Shown one piece after another: positions 34,628-44,130 of a stretch of 64,000 bases of DNA. A model generated the notes under the pieces. It was not told where the DNA came from. It worked only from the letters and a program-made list of their open reading frames with translations, and did no database searches. How positions within the stretch are numbered: the stretch's first letter is position 1; each line of letters starts with the position of its first letter. The DNA lies in assembly GCA_913063225.1 (NCBI GenBank), contig CAJXYP010000001.1:57308-121307 (forward strand), written 5' to 3'. Source of the DNA: an uncultured Cellvibrionales bacterium (GTDB lineage: Bacteria > Pseudomonadota > Gammaproteobacteria > Pseudomonadales > GM7GCV1). A program made the position numbers and the translations under genes.

Positions 34628-36258
34628 ATGAAGTGGCCATACTGTTTAAAAGTAATCTCGGTTACGGCAGTTTTTACGCTCGCGGGGTGTGATGTTTTGA
34701 AGACAACGACGAGGACGATGCTACCGTAGACCCCATAGGGGTTGGTGGTGCGGGTGTTAAAGGGCCCTTAGTTGGGGCGGACGTAAATCTATATTTGGTA
34801 AAAATCGCCGCCGTCGATCTAAAAGGCGTCCAGCAGGGATCCACAGCTACGACAGGGGCTGACGCAAGCATTCAAGGGCTCGATGATGTGCCTGGGATAT
34901 ATCAGGTTTGGTCCTATTGGAGTTTCTTGTGGTCGCCGCAACAATGGATCTAACCACAGGCACTGCTCCGATATTCGATGACCTAATTACGGTAGTTGAT
35001 GCGGCCCAGATTATAGCTGGTGGCGACATTTATGCCTCGGTATTAACTACTATGGTGGTTAACCTTGCTATTAAAAATGCTGATACCGGCGCGCCCTATT
35101 CGGGTGATGGCAACGGCACTATATCCGAGGCGGAATTCACGGCCGCTTTGGACTTAGCTCAGGTGCAGGTCAAATCGACCCTAGGCTTTGGCTTGGATAG
35201 CACCACCGATATCTTTACTACTCCACCAATACTTACTGACGATACTACTAGTGATGCTGATCAAGCTAGCGTTGCTGCGTATCGGCAGGCTATTGAAGCG
35301 GTAGCTGTGATTGCAAACGCGGTATCTGCTGCTGGGAGTGGCGCGACTGCTCAGGACGCCTTTGAAGCTTTGATAGAAGGTTTGAGTGACGGCTCTATTG
35401 ATGGTCAGAGTGATGATGGTGCTATTGCCAGCTTGGCAACGGTAGCGACGCTAACCACTATTGTTACTCAGGATGTTACGACCCTAGTGATTCCCGGAAC
35501 CACTACTACGGTTGGCGATATAGAAACCGTACTAGGGAGCGAAGATACTGGCTCTTCAACCACGTTGTCAGATCAAGTTTCTGTCACCCCAGTACCTGCG
35601 GTAGTTGAAGTGGATTCTGATGAAGATGGCGTAGTGGATAGTGAAGATGCCTTCCCAGAAGATGGGACTGAAACTGCCGATACCGATGGTGACGGTACTG
35701 GCGATAACGGTGACGCTTTCCCTGAAGACGAAACGGAAACTACTGATACTGACGGTGATGGAGTCGGGGATTAACGACGATCAGGACGATTTCCCCAACG
35801 TGCCTAATGATTCAGACAATGATGGTATCGCTGACGGCACGGATAACTGCGTCGATGTACCAAATACCTTTGAAGCTGGTGCGGCGGCTACCGCTGCATC
35901 GGTTAATGCCAACTTTAGCGCGCTGATAACGGCAATCGATGCCATTGGAAGTCGCGTTACGGCTCTAGAGGCGGGTACCACGAGTTCCGGTAATGTGACC
36001 CGAGAAGATTTGGTGGGTACTAATTACTGCATTTCCTTCTTCGGCGATCTTGGTCAAGGGGCTGCCGACCCTGGCGGAGATTTTGCAAGCATCGGATCCT
36101 ATGTGGGCAGTTCAAAGCTCGAGATCACTAGTACCACTGCGGCAACCTTTACTGTTGTGCATGACGAAGAGCTAGAGCTTAGTTGGATTGTCAATGGCGC
36201 TTCTCCCGCTGAGCTTGTGGCAACCCTAGATGCCCGTGAGGTTGATCCAGCTGGTTGA
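34628..36258 (+). pseudogene. Thrombospondin type-3-repeat lipoprotein, disrupted by 3 frameshifts (plus a possible premature TGA)
   Basis: ATG 34628 encodes MKWPYCLKVISVTAVFTLAGC, a lipobox. The frame is lost at T-run 34695-34698, again at 34907-34909, and again at gatTaac 35771-35772. The reconstructed protein carries Asp-rich calcium-binding TSP3 repeats (DSDEDGVVDSEDAFPEDGTETADTDGDGTGDNGDAFPEDETETTDTDGDGVGD-NDDQDDFPNVPNDSDNDGIADGTDNC). The same frame stays open past TGA 36256-36258. Confidence 0.7.
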
Positions 36259-36374
36259 CCTACTCCGGCGGTTGTTAACAGTCTGATAGATGGAGTATTG
36301 ACAGTAACTCTGGATGGTGAGCAGGAAAGCTTTAATCTGAGCCCAGATGGAAATATGATTTTGGGAACCAGCTT

Positions 36375-37676
36375 TTATTGTGCCTTAAAAACCAATAGCA
36401 GGGGAATCCCCAAACTTACCACTCTTGCTAAATGGAAGGCCGAGAGCGCCATCCAAATTCCGGTATTACCACTGTCTCTACCCATAAAGAACAGCGGCAA
36501 AAAAACCAGCAGGAAGGAAAGCAGCATTGCGTTGCGCATGCTGTGGGTATGGCCGATACCAATAAAGATACCGTCTAGCTGATAACACCAAATAGCGACT
36601 AAGGGCAGCAGCGCCAGCCAGAGGTAAACAGCCTTAGCCTCGAGAATAACTTCGGGCAAGTTGGTATATAGACCTAAAATAGATTGCTCCAGCAGCAGGA
36701 ATATCGCAACAAAGCTGATTCCTATAAGGAGCGCATAGATTGTGCTTTCCTTGGCTACCAACCAGAACTCTTTAAAATCCCGCTTACCCCAAGCTCGGCC
36801 GCAGAGGGATTCAGCTGCATAGGCAAAACCGTCCATTGCGTAAGCTGAGAAGGCTAGAAGATTTAGCAATATAGCGTTGGCGGCGGCTACTTCAGGGCTG
36901 ATGCGCACACCGGCGCTGGAAACAATTAGAAATACTAATAACAAACTGATGGTGCGTACAAAGAGATCGGCGTTGGTCTGCAAGAGCTCTGAAAATTTGG
37001 CGCGATCAAATAGCTTTGATTGTTGCGTCAGTCTAAATGGAGACCTTCCAATAATTCCAAGGCAGATCAGAAGAGCGGTAGTCACGCCTAGGTACTCAGC
37101 GATTAGTGAAGCATAGGCTGCGCCCCGAATATCCATTTCTAATACGACTATTAATAGGTAATCCAAAAGCCCATTGGCGATATTGGTTACTAGTAAAACT
37201 ATCAAGGCGCTGCGGCTTTTGCCTAAACCAATAAACCATCCGACAAAGCAGTAGGTCGCGAGAGTTGCAGGCGCTGACCAAATGCGGATATTCAGATAGG
37301 CGGTGCTCAATTCGGCGATAGCGGAGTTGCCGCTGAGCGTTTGCGCCAGTAGGCCTAAAACTAGTTGTCCAACTGCCAGCAGTGGTATTGCTATTAAGGT
37401 AGCTAGGATCAGGGCCCGTAAAAGAGCTGCTCTAACTTCTGCAAAGTTTTCCGCGCCAAACAATCGGCTGGTCAATCCCGTTGTCGACATGCGCAGAAAA
37501 CCAAAGGACCAAAACAGCAACGAAATAATATGAGCGCCCAGGGCGGCAGCCGCTAAAGTAGAGGCGTTTTCCAGATGGCCAAGAATGGCAGTGTCGACGA
37601 GCCCCAAGAGCGGCACGCTGAGATTGGCTAAAATCATGGGCCCGGCGATATGTAGTATCGGCTTGGTGCGTTTCAA
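36375..37676 (-). CDS. dinF: MATE-family efflux transporter (DinF-like)
   Basis: 433-aa ORF with 12 TM segments and N-terminus ILHIAGPMILANLSVPLLGLVDTAILGHL, typical of the DinF subfamily. Confidence 0.8.
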   Translation of the reverse strand: MKRTKPILHIAGPMILANLSVPLLGLVDTAILGHLENASTLAAAALGAHIISLLFWSFGFLRMSTTGLTSRLFGAENFAEVRAALLRALILATLIAIPLLAVGQLVLGLLAQTLSGNSAIAELSTAYLNIRIWSAPATLATYCFVGWFIGLGKSRSALIVLLVTNIANGLLDYLLIVVLEMDIRGAAYASLIAEYLGVTTALLICLGIIGRSPFRLTQQSKLFDRAKFSELLQTNADLFVRTISLLLVFLIVSSAGVRISPEVAAANAILLNLLAFSAYAMDGFAYAAESLCGRAWGKRDFKEFWLVAKESTIYALLIGISFVAIFLLLEQSILGLYTNLPEVILEAKAVYLWLALLPLVAIWCYQLDGIFIGIGHTHSMRNAMLLSFLLVFLPLFFMGRDSGNTGIWMALSAFHLARVVSLGIPLLLVFKAQ

Positions 37677-37967
37677 GAAAATCGGTTCTTTGTCAATTAG
37701 GGCACAAGTCTATCAGCAGGCTCTTTTTACTTGTGATTTTGGCGAAAGCTTATGCAATAAAAGCAAAACTTGATTAAAGCCAAGAAAGGACGGTTCTGAG
37801 CGTAGAGTTTTGTTAAGCACTTGGCTATAATACGCCGCGTTTTGCCATATCAGGGCCCTCTTGGGCTTGAGGCTAGCCAGCCACATCGATGTCTTATTAG
37901 GACTATTCCATGGTCTAATTATCGAGCCGAATTTATGAATTCACTATTTTTGAGAACGGAGAAACGG

Positions 37968-39116
37968 GTGATTTTGAGAAAAACACTCCGGCTTTTCAGT
38001 CTGACTTTTTTAGCTCTGTCTGGTGTATATGTCCAGGCTCAGCAAGAGGAAGTCAGCAGTACGGCGCTTCTGAATATGCCTATCGGCGTAAGCACCATAA
38101 GCCACGAGATTTACAATCTGCATATGCTGATCTTCTGGATTTGTGTTGTTATTGGCGTTGGTGTGTTTGGTGCAATGCTTTGGGCAATGTACTTCCACCG
38201 AAAGTCTATCGGCCACGAAGCCGAAAACTGGCATGAACACTTAGGCGTTGAGCTAGTTTGGACTATCGTGCCTATTTTTATTCTGGTCGCTATGGCTTGG
38301 CCGGCGACCAAAACACTGATTGATCTTTACGATACCAGCGATGCCGAAATAGATATTCGTGTAACCGGCATGCAATGGAAGTGGCAATATGAGTATTTGG
38401 GCGAAGGGGTTCAGTATCTTAGTGAGCTTTCCACAAGCCTCGACGAAATCTACAACATTGAACCCAAAGGCGAGTTTTACCTTCAGGAAGTAAATAACCA
38501 CTTAGTTATTCCGGTAGATACTAAAGTTAGGTTTCTACTAACCGGCGCGGATGTTATCCATTCATTCTGGGTTCCTGATTTCGCAATTAAGAAAGATGCG
38601 ATCCCCGGCTATATAACCGAAACCTGGGTTGAAGTTACGCAAACGGGCGTTTACCGCGGCGAATGTACCGAGCTGTGCGGGCAAGGCCATGCCTTTATGC
38701 CAGTAGTAGTTAACGTAGTAGAAAAAGACGAATACCAGTTTTGGCTGGCTGAGAAAAAACAAGAAGCACTTGATATTGCTGCTCTTACTCAAGTCACTTT
38801 TACCATGGAAGAGTTGGTGGAGCGTGGCGAAGAAGCGTACTTGCGCTCTTGTGCAGCTTGCCATCAGGCCAACGGCCAAGGCATTCCGCCAGCTTTTCCA
38901 GCGCTTGCCGGCAGTGCGATAGTTACTGGCCCGGTCGAAGCGCATCTAGAGATTGGTGTTAACGGGGTTGCGGGAACGGTTATGCAGGCTTTTGGACCAC
39001 TACTTAGCGAGCTAGATCTCGCTGCGATTTTGACTTACCAGCGTAATGCTTGGGGTAATGATATGGGTGACGTAGTTCAGCCAATCGATGTTTACAACTA
39101 CATTCAGGCCCAATAG
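37968..39116 (+). CDS. coxB: Cytochrome c oxidase subunit II with fused C-terminal cytochrome c domain
   Basis: It has the CuA site CTELCGQGHAFM and the heme-c motif CAACHQANG. The start is chosen at GTG 37968, 6 nt after GGAG, which gives a signal-like N-terminus ILRKTLRLFSLTFLALSGVYVQAQ. The track ORF (37821) and ATG 37935 are alternatives. Confidence 0.9.
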   Translation: MILRKTLRLFSLTFLALSGVYVQAQQEEVSSTALLNMPIGVSTISHEIYNLHMLIFWICVVIGVGVFGAMLWAMYFHRKSIGHEAENWHEHLGVELVWTIVPIFILVAMAWPATKTLIDLYDTSDAEIDIRVTGMQWKWQYEYLGEGVQYLSELSTSLDEIYNIEPKGEFYLQEVNNHLVIPVDTKVRFLLTGADVIHSFWVPDFAIKKDAIPGYITETWVEVTQTGVYRGECTELCGQGHAFMPVVVNVVEKDEYQFWLAEKKQEALDIAALTQVTFTMEELVERGEEAYLRSCAACHQANGQGIPPAFPALAGSAIVTGPVEAHLEIGVNGVAGTVMQAFGPLLSELDLAAILTYQRNAWGNDMGDVVQPIDVYNYIQAQ

Positions 39117-39128
39117 GAGAATTACGGA

Positions 39129-40745
39129 ATGGCACATGGTCCTGCAAAAGGCATAACACGCTGGTTATTTACCACCAACCATAAAGATATAGGCACGCTT
39201 TACCTCTGGTTCAGCTTTGCCATGTTTATTCTTGGCGGGTTTTTCGCCATGGTGATTCGCGCCGAGCTCTTTGAGCCCGGCATGCAACTGGTTCGTCCAG
39301 AGTTCTTTAATCAAATGACCACCATGCACGGCTTGGTAATGGTCTTTGGCGCCATCATGCCGTCATTTGTTGGCTTGGCGAACTGGATGATTCCTCTGAT
39401 GATCGGTGCGCCAGATATGGCACTGCCGCGTATGAACAACCTGAGTTTCTGGATTCTGCCACCGGCTTTCTTGATGTTGGCCTCTACCCTCTTTATGGAA
39501 GGTGGTGGTCCTAACTTTGGTTGGACTTTCTACGCGCCGCTGTCTACGACTTACGCGCCGGATTCGGTCAACTTCTTTATCTTTGCCATCCACATCATGG
39601 GTGCGTCTTCGATTATGGGTTCCATCAACATTGTTGCCACTGTGCTAAATATGCGTGCGCCCGGTATGACCATGATGAAAATGCCGCTCTTTGTTTGGAC
39701 ATGGCTTATTACCGCATTCTTGCTGATTGCCGTTATGCCAGTATTGGCAGGCGCGGTAACCATGATGCTGATGGATATCAACTTTGGCACGGCATTCTTT
39801 GATGCAGCCGGTGGCGGTGATCCCGTATTGTTCCAACATATTTTCTGGTTCTTTGGTCATCCTGAGGTATACATCATTATCTTGCCGGCCTTTGGTGTGA
39901 TTTCTGAAATCATTCCAACGTTCAGTCGCAAGCCGTTATTTGGTTACGCATCCATGGTATATGCGACATCGGCAATTGCCTTCTTGTCCTTTATCGTTTG
40001 GGCTCACCATATGTTCTTGGTGGGTATTCCGATTTCTGGTCAGCTCTACTTTATGTACGCCACAATGCTGATTGCGGTGCCAACGGGCGTGAAGGTATTT
40101 AACTGGGTAAGCACAATGTTCCGTGGCTCTATCAGCTACGAAACACCTATGCTGTTTGCCATTGCCTTTATTGTTCTGTTCACCTTGGGTGGCTTTACTG
40201 GCCTGATGTTGTCGATCGCTCCAAGTGATGTCCAGTATCACGATACCTACTTTGTAGTAGCTCACTTTCACTACGTAATGGTTGCCGGTGCGGTATTTAG
40301 TATGTCCGCCGCGGTGTACTACTGGTTACCTAAGTGGTCTGGCCGTATGTATAGCGAAGCCATGGGTAAGCTGCATTTCTGGGTATCCTTTATCGGCTTT
40401 AATATTACCTTCTTCCCGCAGCATTTCTTGGGACTAGCGGGTATGCCGCGGCGGTATGCGGATTACGCATTGCAGTTTGCCGATTGGAATATGGTATCTA
40501 GTATTGGTGCATTTATTTATGGTGCCTCACAAATCTTGTTCCTCTACAACGTGGTAGCCACCATCGTTGCGGGCAAAAAAGTGAGTGAGCCTAAAACTTG
40601 GGATGGAGCTAACGGTCTGGAGTGGACATTGCCTACGCCTCCGCCATACCACACCTTCACTACACCGCCAGACTTGCGCGACTTGCATGATCACCAGCTG
40701 ACAGATGATCAGATGGAAGAGCATCCAGGGAGCGCTACGCACTAA
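39129..40745 (+). CDS. coxA: Cytochrome c oxidase subunit I
   Basis: 538-aa ORF with WFFGHPEVYIIILPAFG and the conserved heme/CuB His ligands. Confidence 0.97.
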   Translation: MAHGPAKGITRWLFTTNHKDIGTLYLWFSFAMFILGGFFAMVIRAELFEPGMQLVRPEFFNQMTTMHGLVMVFGAIMPSFVGLANWMIPLMIGAPDMALPRMNNLSFWILPPAFLMLASTLFMEGGGPNFGWTFYAPLSTTYAPDSVNFFIFAIHIMGASSIMGSINIVATVLNMRAPGMTMMKMPLFVWTWLITAFLLIAVMPVLAGAVTMMLMDINFGTAFFDAAGGGDPVLFQHIFWFFGHPEVYIIILPAFGVISEIIPTFSRKPLFGYASMVYATSAIAFLSFIVWAHHMFLVGIPISGQLYFMYATMLIAVPTGVKVFNWVSTMFRGSISYETPMLFAIAFIVLFTLGGFTGLMLSIAPSDVQYHDTYFVVAHFHYVMVAGAVFSMSAAVYYWLPKWSGRMYSEAMGKLHFWVSFIGFNITFFPQHFLGLAGMPRRYADYALQFADWNMVSSIGAFIYGASQILFLYNVVATIVAGKKVSEPKTWDGANGLEWTLPTPPPYHTFTTPPDLRDLHDHQLTDDQMEEHPGSATH

Positions 40746-40746
40746 G

Positions 40747-41319
40747 ATGCATAAAGTTTTGGTAGCAAAACTGTCGATGGGCGTGGTTGTCATGTTCGTT
40801 TTTGCGGTGTTTGCGATGCCACCACTTTATCGGCTGGCGTGTGACGCGCTCGGTATAGGACCACAGGAATACAGCGCCTATGAAGAAGCTGCCGCAGCGG
40901 TAGATGAAACTAGGACAGTGAAAGTGCAATTTATGGCGACCAACCAGGCAAATATGCCCTGGATTTTTGAGCCAGCGCAGTTTGAGGTAGTGGTGCATCC
41001 GGGCCAGAGGTCAGAAGTTACCTACTACGCCAAGAACACCACGACGCGGGATATGGTTGCCCAGGCAGTCCCCAGTGTAGTGCCAATTAATGCAGTTAAT
41101 TATTTACACAAAATTGAATGTTTTTGTTTTGAACAGCAGCCCTTGGCTGCTGGTGAAGAGGTGGATATGAAGTTAGTATTTTTTGTGGACCCGGAGCTTC
41201 CGAAAAGCATAGGTACTATAACGTTGTCTTACTCGGTATTTGATATTACCAGCCGGGTAAGCGACCCAGTCGCTGCAAGCCTTAAAGCTGAGCCAGCCTT
41301 AATAACCGCTTCGAACTAA
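40747..41319 (+). CDS. ctaG: Cytochrome c oxidase assembly protein CtaG/Cox11
   Basis: ATG 40747 lies immediately after the coxA stop. It has a TM anchor and the copper-binding motif CFCF. Confidence 0.9.
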   Translation: MHKVLVAKLSMGVVVMFVFAVFAMPPLYRLACDALGIGPQEYSAYEEAAAAVDETRTVKVQFMATNQANMPWIFEPAQFEVVVHPGQRSEVTYYAKNTTTRDMVAQAVPSVVPINAVNYLHKIECFCFEQQPLAAGEEVDMKLVFFVDPELPKSIGTITLSYSVFDITSRVSDPVAASLKAEPALITASN

Positions 41320-41375
41320 TATAATTGCAGAGGATTCAATATTTCCTTTGCCCCGAAGTATGATTGGAGTTAGAA

Positions 41376-42284
41376 ATGTCATCAGAAGCTGAATATTACG
41401 TTCCGGAGCAGAGCAAGATGCCCATCTTGATGGCTGCTTCCCTGGGGCTTGCTGCCTATGGTGGGGGGCATTGGATGATTACTGGCGAAGGCTGGATATG
41501 TCTTCTGGGGATCGCTGCAATCGCGGTCATGATGTATGCCTGGTTTAGCACGGTTATTGATGAAAATATTCGCGGCTTGCCAAATGCGCAACTAAAGCGC
41601 TCTTACGTTTGGGGTATGAGTTGGTTTATCTTTTCTGAAGTAATGTTCTTTGCGGCTTTTTTTGGTGCGCTTTTCTATCTTCGCAACATTGCTATGCCCT
41701 GGTTGGGCGGCGAAGGCGTTGGCGTTAACAACCCGGTCTTATTGTGGAACGGTTTTGAAGCTGAATGGCCATTGTTGCATACGCCGGATCAAGCATTAAA
41801 TGGTGAAGATGCGCGTTTCATTGGCGCTCATGAATCTTTGGCCTTCCCGGGCTGGAGCAACCTGCTGCATTGGTTACCACTTTGGAACACTATCGTTCTT
41901 ATATCTTCCAGTTTCACTGTGCATATTGCCCACCATGCGCTTAAGCATGGCGACAACCGCAAAAAGTTTAACCTTTGGTTGGGTATTACCGTTGCACTGG
42001 GAGTGCTCTTTTTAATCCTGCAGGTTGCGGAATATTATGAAGCCTATACGCACTATGGACTGAAGCTGACTTCTGGTATTTATGGCACTACCTTCTTTAT
42101 GCTGACAGGCTTTCATGGGGTTCACGTAACGATGGGAACCTTGATGTTAGGCATACAGCTGGTGCGTTCCTATAAAGGGCAGTTTACTTCCGATGACCAT
42201 TTTGGTTTTGAGATGGCTTCTTGGTACTGGCATTTCGTTGACGTAGTCTGGGTTATGTTATTTTTCTTCGTTTATATTCTGTAA
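41376..42284 (+). CDS. coxC: Cytochrome c oxidase subunit III
   Basis: The start is ATG 41376, after GGAG. It has 7 TM segments and the C-terminal motif WYWHFVDVVW. Confidence 0.93.
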   Translation: MSSEAEYYVPEQSKMPILMAASLGLAAYGGGHWMITGEGWICLLGIAAIAVMMYAWFSTVIDENIRGLPNAQLKRSYVWGMSWFIFSEVMFFAAFFGALFYLRNIAMPWLGGEGVGVNNPVLLWNGFEAEWPLLHTPDQALNGEDARFIGAHESLAFPGWSNLLHWLPLWNTIVLISSSFTVHIAHHALKHGDNRKKFNLWLGITVALGVLFLILQVAEYYEAYTHYGLKLTSGIYGTTFFMLTGFHGVHVTMGTLMLGIQLVRSYKGQFTSDDHFGFEMASWYWHFVDVVWVMLFFFVYIL

Positions 42285-42315
42285 AAATATTCCTATTTTA
42301 GAATAGCGAAGAAAT

Positions 42316-42342
42316 AAAAAGGCCGGTTGAACCGGCCTTTTT
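42316..42342. terminator. Bidirectional intrinsic terminator between coxC and the DUF2909 gene
   Basis: The sequence is AAAAAGGCCGGTTgaACCGGCCTTTTT, a perfect GC-rich stem flanked by A5 and T5. It lies between convergent genes. Confidence 0.85.
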
Positions 42343-42358
42343 ATCGGAAAAATAAGTC

Positions 42359-42610
42359 TTATTGAGGTTGGGCAGGAACGACTCGTTCCGGATGTAGTTC
42401 CTGATCCCAAGGCGCCTGGCTTCCTAGCTGTCCAGTACCTATTCCGTATATCACGGTTGCCATTAGCATGGCGGCGAGACTAACGCGGATACCCAGGGCA
42501 TAGTACAAACGTTTTCTGGAATTGCCCTGGTCTTTGACCAGGAAGTAAAAACCGGTAGTTAGGCTCGCGATTACCGCTATTAGGAGTACAACAATGACTA
42601 GTTTCAACAT
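42359..42610 (-). CDS. Twin-transmembrane small protein (DUF2909), cox-cluster associated
   Basis: 83-aa ORF with two hydrophobic helices. It has the same position and opposite orientation as in Pseudomonas cox clusters. Confidence 0.7.
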   Translation of the reverse strand: MLKLVIVVLLIAVIASLTTGFYFLVKDQGNSRKRLYYALGIRVSLAAMLMATVIYGIGTGQLGSQAPWDQELHPERVVPAQPQ

Positions 42611-42668
42611 CGATAGAGTGGCTCAGATAAACTTGAATATGTATTTAACCATTTAGGCTATGTAAACG

Positions 42669-43451
42669 TTGAACTTTTCTTCCCATTTTCTTTGGCAACT
42701 AAACTGGAAAATACTGTTATTTGTAGCCGTGTTTCTGCCCTTGACCGTCGTGCTCGGATTTTGGCAGCTGGACAGGGCAGAGCAAAAGCGTGAGATTTTG
42801 GCGGCGCAACTCTCGCAGCAGAGTTTGCCTGCCATTGAAAATCATAATTGGCGGCAAGACCCGGAAAATCACTTACGCGCTGTTAATCTAAGTCTGAACT
42901 TTGATGCAGAGCGGTACATGTTGTTGGCAAACCGAATGCGCAATGGGCGAGTTGGTTATGAGGTGCTAGGCATAGCCTATTTGTCCGACGATGAAGGGAT
43001 GCCGGTGCTGGTGAATCGTGGTTGGGTGCAGGCATCTTTGGATCGCAGTGAGCTGCCTGAAATTAGTCAACCACAAGAGACTTCGAGAGTGGCGGGCTAC
43101 TATTATTGCCCGCAACCAAACTCCATGATCAGTCAGTCCACTGAATATTCTGGTGAATGGCCGGCTCTCGTATACGATTTGGACCAAGAGGCAGTTGACC
43201 AGATATTTGAGCCAGCCCAACGACCTCTACCTTGCGAAGTGCGCATAGATAGCGCTTCTCCCCTGGCGCTGCTTGCGGAATGGGAAATCGTAAATCAAAA
43301 GGTTGAAACCCATATAGGATACGCAGTGCAGTGGTTTTCGATGGCCATCGCTCTTATCATTCTCGCCCTTTTTTCTAATTCCAATCTGGCGGTCTTTTTC
43401 AGACGCTCAGACGCCCGAACTACCAATAGTGGAAGCTCTAAAAATGAATAA
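42669..43451 (+). CDS. SURF1-family cytochrome oxidase biogenesis protein
   Basis: 260-aa ORF with a TTG start. It has N- and C-terminal TM segments, GFWQLDRAEQK and VNRGWV motifs. Confidence 0.85.
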   Translation: MNFSSHFLWQLNWKILLFVAVFLPLTVVLGFWQLDRAEQKREILAAQLSQQSLPAIENHNWRQDPENHLRAVNLSLNFDAERYMLLANRMRNGRVGYEVLGIAYLSDDEGMPVLVNRGWVQASLDRSELPEISQPQETSRVAGYYYCPQPNSMISQSTEYSGEWPALVYDLDQEAVDQIFEPAQRPLPCEVRIDSASPLALLAEWEIVNQKVETHIGYAVQWFSMAIALIILALFSNSNLAVFFRRSDARTTNSGSSKNE

Positions 43452-44067
43452 CGAACCATCTTTCGATCAGTCAGAGACTACAGGCGAAAAGCCCTGGCCC
43501 GTGATAATAATGCTGGTGATGGTTTTTTCCGTGATCGCTTCGGGGTTCTTGCTGGTGCCTAATACGGACGAAGAAAAACTGAAATGGCTGTCCATTCTTG
43601 GTACCAACAACTATGGCGAGCTAATGAATCCGCCGGTTGAGATGGCTGGCAAATTGCTGGATGCAGAGGGTGCTGTATGGTCGGCAGACACTGATGTTCC
43701 CTGGAAACTGGTTATAGTAAATCAGGGCGCTTGTGAACAGAGCTGTCAGGAGATGGCAGATGTGGTTACCCGAGTACATACAAGAACCAACAAATTGTCG
43801 CCTTATATAAAACGCGGTTATCTTCAGGTTAGATCCCAATCGATAGTTGGCCAAGAATCCCTCGAGGCAATTGGATATGATTTCCTGCACACTGATAACC
43901 TGGACATAGGCGCTATGCTTGCCGCCTCTGGTGTGCCTAGTTTGTCTGATGGGCCATTGATGTTTGTGATGAACCCGCTGGAAGTATGGTTTCTCTACTA
44001 CAACGGAGAACATGAAGGCATAGGCATGCTTGAAGATATTGAGCATGTTATTAAGCTTTCACAATAA
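43444..44067 (+). CDS. Conserved cox-cluster hypothetical membrane-anchored protein
   Basis: ATG 43444 overlaps the SURF1 stop. It has one TM segment (WPVIIMLVMVFSVIASGFLLV) and a CEQSC pair. It sits in the SURF1-ctaA position seen in Pseudomonas-type clusters. Confidence 0.6.
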   Translation: MNNEPSFDQSETTGEKPWPVIIMLVMVFSVIASGFLLVPNTDEEKLKWLSILGTNNYGELMNPPVEMAGKLLDAEGAVWSADTDVPWKLVIVNQGACEQSCQEMADVVTRVHTRTNKLSPYIKRGYLQVRSQSIVGQESLEAIGYDFLHTDNLDIGAMLAASGVPSLSDGPLMFVMNPLEVWFLYYNGEHEGIGMLEDIEHVIKLSQ

Positions 44068-44070
44068 GGT

Positions 44071-44130
44071 TGAGAAGGGTTGAGAAGGGTTGAGAAGGGT
44101 TGAGCGTAATTGAGAGGAAATGAGAGTTGA
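44071..44130 (+). repeat. 10-bp-periodic tandem array (six TGAGnnnnnn units) running into the ctaA start codon
   Basis: The units are tgagaagggt x3 (identical), then tgagcgtaat, tgagaggaaa and tgagagttga. TGAG recurs exactly every 10 nt from 44071 to 44121. Confidence 0.85.

Noticed and set aside
36298-36582. The 94-aa + strand ORF was considered as an independent gene.
   Set aside because: Its first roughly 25 codons are better explained as the continuation of the TSP3 lipoprotein frame past a TGA. The remainder is antisense to the 3' end of the MATE transporter gene.
37821-37967. The ORF track gives N-terminal extensions for coxB (from 37821), recF (from 11700, inside dnaN), ctaG (from 40705), aroK (to 63847) and cca (from 60642).
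   Set aside because: The extensions lack SD support, overlap upstream genes or precede the homologous N-termini. Internal starts that match known protein N-termini were preferred.
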